Of a DNA stretch of 14,791 bases, positions 8,431 through 14,791 are shown piece after piece. A program made the translations under genes and the position numbers. A model generated the notes under the pieces. It did no database searches and was not told the DNA's origin. It was given only the letters and a program-made list of their open reading frames with translations. The number at the start of each line of letters is the position of its first letter. Positions within the stretch are counted from its first letter, which is position 1. This stretch comes from Marine Group I thaumarchaeote (lineage in GTDB: Archaea > Thermoproteota > Nitrososphaeria > Nitrososphaerales > Nitrosopumilaceae), in assembly GCA_044358425.1 (NCBI GenBank), contig CP054849.1, forward strand, positions 959,298 through 974,088. The letters are read 5' to 3'.

Positions 8431-8458
8431 ATAGGCAAAGCTAAATAGCTATAGCTAA
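8431..8458. promoter_or_regulatory. Tandem DtxR/MntR-like operator boxes
   Basis: Adjacent 14-mers ATAGGCAAAGCTAA and ATAGCTATAGCTAA resemble TTAGG-N4-CCTAA. The second contains a perfect 12-bp palindrome. Confidence 0.5.
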
Positions 8459-8608
8459 ATTTCAATCTTAAATTCATTTTAGTAAAAGAGATCTATAAGA
8501 GTAGTAAAAATAGGTAGAAGATGTTAGAGATAAAGAAAAAATTTCTAGAGATAAGAAATCAGATCAAAAAATGTAATTCTTAATTACTCTCTAGTTTTTT
8601 GTAGTAAT

Positions 8609-9184
8609 ATGAAATATTCTGAAAAGCCCCTAGTTGGAATAATTATGGGTTCTAGTTCAGATAGCAGAATTATGCAAGCAGCTGCTGAAGTTCTAGATGG
8701 ATATAAAATCAAACATGAAGACCAAATTGTTTCAGCACATAGAACACCTGCACGATTAGAAGAATATGCAAAACATGCTGAAAAAATAGGATTAAAAATT
8801 ATAATTGCAGGTGCAGGAGGAGCTGCCCATCTACCAGGAATGATTGCATCACATACAACAATTCCAGTTATTGGAGTTCCAATTCTAGTGTACAATGACA
8901 AACATCCAAAAAAAACAGATACAGCTAAATTTTCGGCATTTGGGGGATTAGATTCACTGTTATCAATTACTGAAATGCCATCAGGTTCGCCAGTTGTAGC
9001 AGTTGGAGTAAACAAAGCAGGAAATGCAGGAATATATGCAATGAAAATACTTGCAAACGAATTTGCAGATTTGAAAAAGAAATTAAAACAACATAAACTA
9101 GATCAACATAATTCAGTTATGAAAGAATCAGAGAAATTAAAAACTGAAGGTCTTTCAAAATTTGCTAAGAAAAAATTCAAGTAA
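8609..9184 (+). CDS. purE: N5-carboxyaminoimidazole ribonucleotide mutase (PurE)
   Basis: IIMGSSSD, VSAHRTP, IAGAGGAAHLPGM, PVIGVP, GLDSLLS and MPSGSPV motifs. Confidence 0.97.
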   Translation: MKYSEKPLVGIIMGSSSDSRIMQAAAEVLDGYKIKHEDQIVSAHRTPARLEEYAKHAEKIGLKIIIAGAGGAAHLPGMIASHTTIPVIGVPILVYNDKHPKKTDTAKFSAFGGLDSLLSITEMPSGSPVVAVGVNKAGNAGIYAMKILANEFADLKKKLKQHKLDQHNSVMKESEKLKTEGLSKFAKKKFK

Positions 9185-9187
9185 TTT

Positions 9188-9985
9188 TTAAGTTGAAAGA
9201 GTAATTTTCATCTCGTCAAATGCACCTGCAACAGTATGAACTTCTGCAACAGAATTTTTGACTTTAAATTTTTTTAATTCATCAGAAGTGAATGGTCCAA
9301 TAGAAACCACAGACAATTTTTCAAGGTTTTCAAGAAGTATATTTTCAGAATAATCTTTAGACATAATTTCAAAGAAACCTCTAACAGATGATGCACTAGT
9401 GAATACAACACCATCAACTTTATTTTGAGAAAATAATTCTCTAAATCCATTCCATTGAGTTGTATCTCTAAACGCACAAACATCATACAAATGAATTTCT
9501 AAAACATCAATTCCAATTTTGGAAAGTAATTCTTTTAGAAAAGGAGTAGAAGCACCGCTACGTGGAACAATTACTTTTTTTCCGACTGCATTAAGTTTAG
9601 TAAATTCCTCTCCAACACCAACTGAAGAATAAGTTGTTGGCTGGTGATTAACTTTGATTCCTTCAGCCTCCAAAGTAAGGGAAGTTTTAGGTCCTACAGA
9701 CATTACTATAGTATTTGCAACTGCTAATTGTAATTTTTCAAGTTTACCTAGTTGTTTTGCAGTGTCAAATAGCAGTTTAACAGCTTTTGAACTCATAAAA
9801 ACAGAATAATCAGGATTGTATTTTTCAACAGATTCTAAAAATTCATCAACAATTTTCTCACCTTTACTAACTAATTCAATAGTGGGTAATGCAATAGGAG
9901 TTGCATCATTCTCTTGTGCAAGTGAAATAAATTCAGAAGCGTCATCTTGTGAACGTGTAATTGCAATAGTTTTACCACTAAGCAT
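9188..9985 (-). CDS. hemD: Uroporphyrinogen-III synthase
   Basis: IAITRS, VFMSSKAV, SVGPKT, VFTSASSV and SIGPFT motifs. ATG at 9985 overlaps the cobA stop (TAATG) and is preferred to 9994. Confidence 0.93.
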   Translation of the reverse strand: MLSGKTIAITRSQDDASEFISLAQENDATPIALPTIELVSKGEKIVDEFLESVEKYNPDYSVFMSSKAVKLLFDTAKQLGKLEKLQLAVANTIVMSVGPKTSLTLEAEGIKVNHQPTTYSSVGVGEEFTKLNAVGKKVIVPRSGASTPFLKELLSKIGIDVLEIHLYDVCAFRDTTQWNGFRELFSQNKVDGVVFTSASSVRGFFEIMSKDYSENILLENLEKLSVVSIGPFTSDELKKFKVKNSVAEVHTVAGAFDEMKITLST

Positions 9986-10725
9986 TATTTCCACCCAATA
10001 ACATCAGACAAATCAACTACATTCCCAATAATGATATTTGTAGGTGGGATTATCTTATTTTCTTTAACTTTTTTTGCAATATTGGTTACATTTCCTTTAA
10101 TCATTTTTTGTTGAGGAGTTGTTCCATTTTGAATTACAGCAACTGGTGTTTTTTTATCCATTCCACCTGCTATCAACTGCTTGCAAATAACATCAATTCT
10201 AGACAATCCCATCATAATTACAATTGTATCAACAGATTTGGCTAGATTTTTCCATTTTACAATTTCTTGTTTCTTTTCAGGATCCTCATGACCTGTCACA
10301 AAAACAACTGATGAAGCATATTTTCTATGAGTTAAAGGAATTCCAGCATATGTTGCAGAACCAATTCCAGATGTAATTCCAGGTACAATTTCATATTTTA
10401 CTTTATGTTCTTTTAAAAATTCAGCTTCTTCTCCACCACGTCCAAAAATAATTGGGTCACCACCCTTTAGTCTAACAACATGTTTTGTAGATTTTGCATA
10501 TTCAACCATTAAATCATTAGTACCATTTTGATGACTTGTATCATCACCTACTGAACGACCAACATAGACTTTTTTTGCAGTTTTAGGAATCATAGAAACA
10601 ATTTTCTTGCTGACTAATCTATCATACAAAACCACATCAGCCTTTTGGATTAATTCAACGGCCCTCATAGTAATTAATTTACTATCTCCAGGTCCGGCTC
10701 CAACAAGATACACTTTTCCAGTCAT
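9985..10725 (-). CDS. cobA: Uroporphyrinogen-III C-methyltransferase (SUMT)
   Basis: VYLVGAGPGD, ADVVLYDRLV, RLKGGDPIIFGRGGEE and GIPLTHR motifs. Confidence 0.96.
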   Translation of the reverse strand: MTGKVYLVGAGPGDSKLITMRAVELIQKADVVLYDRLVSKKIVSMIPKTAKKVYVGRSVGDDTSHQNGTNDLMVEYAKSTKHVVRLKGGDPIIFGRGGEEAEFLKEHKVKYEIVPGITSGIGSATYAGIPLTHRKYASSVVFVTGHEDPEKKQEIVKWKNLAKSVDTIVIMMGLSRIDVICKQLIAGGMDKKTPVAVIQNGTTPQQKMIKGNVTNIAKKVKENKIIPPTNIIIGNVVDLSDVIGWK

Positions 10726-11657
10726 GTCTTATTCCATTCCTCCACTTTTTCCCTCCAATTTAATGCAAGATCATTGATTCCCTTACTACGCAATTCTTCT
10801 CCTACCTGTTTACCCAATAATTTAGGATTATTTTTATCTCCAGATTTTGTTACTTGTAGAGATTGTTTACCATCAACTGAGAAAGCATATACGGTAAGTT
10901 TCATCTCATTACCATCAGATTTTGCATAAGCACCTAAAGGAAATCTACATCCAGAATCAATGTAATCAGATAGTGCACGTTCAGCCTCAATTTCCAATCG
11001 GGAATCAGCATCTTCAATTTTTTTAAGCATTTCAATTGTTTGAGTATCATCAGTTCTTGCAACTATTGCAATAGCACCTTGACCAGGAGAAGGTGAAAAA
11101 TCATCTACGGATAGAGGAGTGAAATTGACATCAACTCCTAATCTAGAAATTCCTGCTTGTGCAAGTACAATAGCATCATAATTTTCTCCAGATGCTTTAT
11201 TGATTCGAGTCTCAATATTTCCTCTAATTGGTTTAACAGTTACATCAGATCTTTGTCGCGAAACCTGAACAGCTCTACGCAATGAACTTGTACCAATTAC
11301 AGAACCAGGTTTTATTTTATCTAAAGATGAATCATCAGATGAAATAAAAACGTCATTAACTTTTTCACGTTTTGGAATGGATGCAATTATTAAATTATCA
11401 GCTAATTCAGAAGGAACGTCTTTGAGACTATGCACTGCAAAATCAATTTCTTTTGCTGCAACTGCCTTGTCAATTTCTTTTTCAAAAATCCCTTTTTGTT
11501 CAATTGTAAATAGAGGTCTTGTATCAGTATCACCTTTAGTAGTAATTGGTTTAATTTCATATTCACAATCAGAATTTACTTTTTTTAATTCTGAAATAAC
11601 CCAATTTGTTTGGGCCATAGATAATTTACTGCCTCGGGCACCAACTACATATTTCAA
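10722..11657 (-). CDS. hemC: Hydroxymethylbilane synthase (porphobilinogen deaminase)
   Basis: GARGSKLSMAQ, TKGD, AVHSLKDVP, GTSSLRR, IRGNIETR and the cofactor Cys in SGCRFP. Confidence 0.97.
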   Translation of the reverse strand: MKYVVGARGSKLSMAQTNWVISELKKVNSDCEYEIKPITTKGDTDTRPLFTIEQKGIFEKEIDKAVAAKEIDFAVHSLKDVPSELADNLIIASIPKREKVNDVFISSDDSSLDKIKPGSVIGTSSLRRAVQVSRQRSDVTVKPIRGNIETRINKASGENYDAIVLAQAGISRLGVDVNFTPLSVDDFSPSPGQGAIAIVARTDDTQTIEMLKKIEDADSRLEIEAERALSDYIDSGCRFPLGAYAKSDGNEMKLTVYAFSVDGKQSLQVTKSGDKNNPKLLGKQVGEELRSKGINDLALNWREKVEEWNKT

Positions 11658-12937
11658 TTCTTCACCGACTTTAATGCACTATGATATGCATCTAATGTTT
11701 TGTTTAGATCATTTTCAGTATGAGCATCAGATAAGAAAACAACTTCAAATTGAGATGGTGGAATAAAGACACCTTCTTTCAATAGAGTTCGGAATAATTT
11801 CTGGAATTTTTTACCATCTGCTTTTTTAGATGTTTTAGAGTCAATTACAGGCTTGTTTGTAAAGAAAATTTGAAACATTGAAGCTGTAAAATTGATTTGG
11901 TGAGGAATTTTCATATCAGTAGCCATGTCATCCAGGGCAGTTGAAAATAGTAAATTGAATCTTTCAAGTTTTGAATAGAGTTTATTTTTCATTTTGTTAA
12001 TTGTCTTAATAGAACTAATTGCAGCACTAACAGAAATTGGATTTCCAGCAAAAGTACTTGCCTGATAAACTTTTCCACCAGGAGATAATAAATTCATTAT
12101 TTCTTTTTTACCACCGACAGCTGAAATTGTAAATCCATTACTCAGAGCTTTAGCTAAAGTAGTGATATCAGGTTTGATACCAAAATGTTCCTGTGCTCCA
12201 CCAGGAGAGACTCTAAAACCGGTAACCACTTCATCAAGAATTAATGGAATATTATTTTCTTTAGTGATTTTTCTCAAATCTGAAAGGAAATTTTTTTCAG
12301 GTAAAATCAATCCCATGTTAGCTAAAATTGGTTCAACAATCACTCCAGCAATATCTTTATTTTTAGAAATTGTTTTTTGTAGGGATTCAATATTATTATA
12401 CTCAACAACTAGAGTATTCTTTGAAACTTCATCTAATCCACCATCAGAAACAGAAATTCCGTTATGTGCAGAACCAGAACCTGCTTTAACTAAAACAGAA
12501 TCATGTGCACCATGATAACATCCTTCAAATTTAATAATTTTTTTCTTTTTTGTATAACCACGTGCTAATCTAATTGCAGTCATTGTAGCTTCACCACCAG
12601 TATTCATTAATCTCACTTTATCCATTGAAGGGAAATTACCAAGAATTAATTTGGATAATTCGATTTCAGATGCAGTGGGAGTACAATACAGCGTTCCCTT
12701 TGAAAGTTGTTTAGTGACAGAATCTAGAATTTCTTTTCTACGATGTCCCAATAGCAAAGCACCATATGCATTACAAAAATCAATGTAGCGAGTATTATCC
12801 TCATCCCAAATGTATGCGCCATTAGCCTTTTTTGTAAAAAATGGATAAGGATCAAAATATCTAACAGGGCTATTTACGCCTGACGGAGTAACTTTTTTGG
12901 AATCAGAAAATAATTTTCTGGATTTGGACATATTCAA
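11654..12937 (-). CDS. hemL: Glutamate-1-semialdehyde 2,1-aminomutase
   Basis: GVNSPVR, FEGCYHGAHDSVLVKAGSG, DEVVTGFR, PLP lysine in TTLAK, and PPSQFE. Start is TTG at 12937 or ATG at 12931. Confidence 0.97.
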   Translation of the reverse strand: MNMSKSRKLFSDSKKVTPSGVNSPVRYFDPYPFFTKKANGAYIWDEDNTRYIDFCNAYGALLLGHRRKEILDSVTKQLSKGTLYCTPTASEIELSKLILGNFPSMDKVRLMNTGGEATMTAIRLARGYTKKKKIIKFEGCYHGAHDSVLVKAGSGSAHNGISVSDGGLDEVSKNTLVVEYNNIESLQKTISKNKDIAGVIVEPILANMGLILPEKNFLSDLRKITKENNIPLILDEVVTGFRVSPGGAQEHFGIKPDITTLAKALSNGFTISAVGGKKEIMNLLSPGGKVYQASTFAGNPISVSAAISSIKTINKMKNKLYSKLERFNLLFSTALDDMATDMKIPHQINFTASMFQIFFTNKPVIDSKTSKKADGKKFQKLFRTLLKEGVFIPPSQFEVVFLSDAHTENDLNKTLDAYHSALKSVKN

Positions 12938-13638
12938 TCTACAACATGGTCATTATTATTCCTAATTTGTGCTCTTTGGGCTTGGAATTTGCCTCGAAAT
13001 ACAAATGCTGCAATTATAGTTCCAACAAAAGGAGCAGTCCAATACAGCCACAGATCATCAAATGTTCCAGATAACAATGCAGGGGCAAGGGCTCTAGCAG
13101 GATTCATGGATGCACCAGAAATAAAAGCCAAAAACAAAATATCCAATGCAACAATCCCACCAATTGCAACTCCGCTAAATCCTTTCAAACCTTTTGTGTA
13201 TACAACATAGAAAATAACAGCCATTAACATCAAAGAAGCTAAAACCTCCACAGGAAATATCAAAAAGATTGAAAAATCATAATTAGGAGCATTAGCACCA
13301 AGGTTTGGTTTTTCTCCAATAAAGCTTAATACAAAAAGGGAACCCAATAAGGCGCCAATAATTTCTGCAATTAAATAATACAAAACTTGAATCTTTGTTA
13401 TATGTCCTGTAATATAGTATCCAATAGTTACAGCAGGATTAAAATGCGCCAAAGAAATTTTTCCAAATGAATAAACTCCAATTAATAATGCAATAAATGG
13501 TGCAACAGCTGCAAAAGGAATTCCCAAACTTCCGTCAAAAAATTCAACATCATATACAATTGAACCTGTAGCAAAAACTACAAGAATAAAAGTTCCAATT
13601 AACTCCACAGTAAAAATTTGTAAATTAGAATAAGTCAT
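12934..13638 (-). CDS. MIP-family aquaporin, NIP/AqpN-like; probable arsenite channel
   Basis: ELIGTF, AHFNPAVT, SGASMNPARALAP and WLYWTAP motifs. ATG at 13638 overlaps the arsC stop (TGATG). Confidence 0.93.
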   Translation of the reverse strand: MTYSNLQIFTVELIGTFILVVFATGSIVYDVEFFDGSLGIPFAAVAPFIALLIGVYSFGKISLAHFNPAVTIGYYITGHITKIQVLYYLIAEIIGALLGSLFVLSFIGEKPNLGANAPNYDFSIFLIFPVEVLASLMLMAVIFYVVYTKGLKGFSGVAIGGIVALDILFLAFISGASMNPARALAPALLSGTFDDLWLYWTAPFVGTIIAAFVFRGKFQAQRAQIRNNNDHVVD

Positions 13639-14051
13639 CAAACATCATTTTCAAGTGAATCCAATAAAGTCAAAACATCATTTTTAATTTGATCTCGAAT
13701 TTTTCTTACATCATCAATTGATTTTCCTTTAGGATCCTCAACATTCCAATCATCAACGTCTTTAACAAACAATGATGGACATGATACTTTATCCATACAT
13801 CCCATGTTGATAGTTTTATTGGAATTTTTAATCATTGATGATGATAATAACTGAGGTTGTTGATTTTTCAAATCAATTCCAATTTCAGCCATTACGGAAA
13901 TAACTACTGGATTAAGAGTAGATGATGGGGAGGTTCCAGCACTAATTACATTAAATTGATTTTTAGCAAATTTTTTAAAAAATGCCTCAGCCATTTGACT
14001 TCTGCCAGCATTTTCTACGCACACAAATAGAATATTTTTAGGAATATCCAT
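13638..14051 (-). CDS. arsC: Arsenate reductase, LMW-PTP fold
   Basis: P-loop CVENAGRSQMAE, distal Cys pair GCMDKVSCP, and WNVEDP. Lies between arsR and an aquaporin. Confidence 0.88.
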   Translation of the reverse strand: MDIPKNILFVCVENAGRSQMAEAFFKKFAKNQFNVISAGTSPSSTLNPVVISVMAEIGIDLKNQQPQLLSSSMIKNSNKTINMGCMDKVSCPSLFVKDVDDWNVEDPKGKSIDDVRKIRDQIKNDVLTLLDSLENDV

Positions 14052-14063
14052 AAAATAACATAA

Positions 14064-14093
14064 ATATCAGTTTATATAAATTTAAATTGATAT
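14064..14093. promoter_or_regulatory. Putative ArsR operator overlapping divergent promoters
   Basis: Imperfect 14-2-14 inverted repeat ATATCAGTTTATAT-AA-ATTTAAATTGATAT with 12 of 14 positions paired. Contains TTTATATAAA at 14071-14080. Confidence 0.6.
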
Positions 14094-14391
14094 GAATGGA
14101 ATCAGTCTTCTAAAATGCATATGTGATGAAACAAGATTTGAAATTTTAGGATTATTACAAAAAAATCATGAACTGTGTGTAAATGATTTTGTTAATGAAT
14201 TAAAAAAAGATCAGCCACTAGTGTCGCATCATCTTAAAATATTAAAAAAATGTGGAATTGTAAAATCCAGAGATGAAGGGAAAAAAGCAATATACACAAT
14301 ATCTAACGAACAACTTTCAGAATTAATTACAAATGTTACAAAAACATCAAAAGAAATTCCAGATCTTTGTTTAGATGAAGAATGCTGTTAA
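14092..14391 (+). CDS. arsR: ArsR/SmtB-family transcriptional repressor
   Basis: DETRFEIL, ELCVND, QPLVSHHLKILKKCGIV and EGKKAIY motifs; C-terminal CLDEECC; divergent from arsC. Confidence 0.93.
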   Translation: MNGISLLKCICDETRFEILGLLQKNHELCVNDFVNELKKDQPLVSHHLKILKKCGIVKSRDEGKKAIYTISNEQLSELITNVTKTSKEIPDLCLDEECC

Positions 14392-14690
14392 AATTTTTCA
14401 GGACGTAAAACTCCAACGTCACTAACATACAAGACTATTGCAAAATTTGCAAATTGGGTTCTAGATATTTCTTCAGCTACGTCTTGTAATTTCTCCTCTC
14501 TCATAATTACTTCAATTTTTATATTTTTTTCATTTTTGAATCCTTGTCCACGCAATCCACGGGCACCATTTCCATCAACTTCATATTTTGTATAACCTGT
14601 AATTTCATGTTTCTTTAAAATTTCAAGAATATTTTCTTGTGCCAATATCTCACAAGTGATGGTAAGTAATTTCACATTGTATAGTTTCAT
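14388..14690 (-). CDS. sbtB: PII-like protein, SbtB type
   Basis: KLLTITCE, ITGYT...GNGARGLR, NIKIEVI and C-terminal VLRPEKF. GGAGG upstream; directly downstream of an SbtA-like gene. Confidence 0.85.
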   Translation of the reverse strand: MKLYNVKLLTITCEILAQENILEILKKHEITGYTKYEVDGNGARGLRGQGFKNEKNIKIEVIMREEKLQDVAEEISRTQFANFAIVLYVSDVGVLRPEKF

Positions 14691-14791
14691 ATCAATCCTC
14701 CAGTAATGAAATTGAATAAGTCTATCGTTTCACCTGAATGAAGAATTGTAGATAATGCAAATAACAAAGGCAAGGTAACGATGATGTTATA
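14687..14791 (-). CDS. sbtA: 3' end of probable sodium-dependent bicarbonate transporter SbtA (partial)
   Basis: Hand translation YNIIVTLPLLFALSTILHSGETIDLFNFITGGLI* resembles the SbtA last helix (FPFNIxxGIPLY). ATGA overlap with sbtB. Only 34 codons are visible. Confidence 0.65.
   Translation of the reverse strand, partial: YNIIVTLPLLFALSTILHSGETIDLFNFITGGLI

Noticed and set aside
9188-12937. Absence of hemA and hemB as a broken pathway
   Set aside because: These genes are commonly encoded at another locus, so absence from a 15-kb window is uninformative.
8584-13210. ORFs at 8584-9015, 9274-9486, 9816-10001, 11377-11766, 12162-12515 and 12989-13210
   Set aside because: They are antisense or off-frame shadows of purE, hemD, hemC, hemL and the aquaporin.
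12934-14391. ars genes as a recently inserted mobile island
   Set aside because: No transposase, integrase, flanking repeats or visible compositional shift, and the genes are interlocked with neighbours on both sides.

Overview
AT-rich, gene-dense archaeal chromosomal DNA. Gene content and sequence style point to an ammonia-oxidising Thaumarchaeote (Nitrosopumilus-like); this is an inference. From left to right: a truncated coiled-coil protein with a perfectly repeated histone-H1-like tail (AKRKPAKKTA)n that the ORF track missed; a hypothetical gene; a PAP2 phosphatase; pgk; a SUF Fe-S operon without sufC (sufB-sufD-Rieske-sufS-sufU-unknown Cys-rich gene); purE; a six-gene run arsC-aquaporin-hemL-hemC-cobA-hemD whose genes overlap or abut, divergent from arsR; and sbtB with the 3' end of a probable sbtA bicarbonate transporter. 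I saw no mobile element, RNA gene or CRISPR array, and most genes belong to well-known families. The best leads are (i) an ArsR-controlled arsenic module apparently co-transcribed with tetrapyrrole biosynthesis, (ii) the coiled-coil/H1-like candidate chromatin protein, (iii) an unexplained winged-helix/Cys4 protein closing the SUF operon together with tandem DtxR-like boxes upstream of sufB, and (iv) a NIP-like aquaporin with an unusual P-I-A-R filter. All alignments were done by eye and no searches were run.
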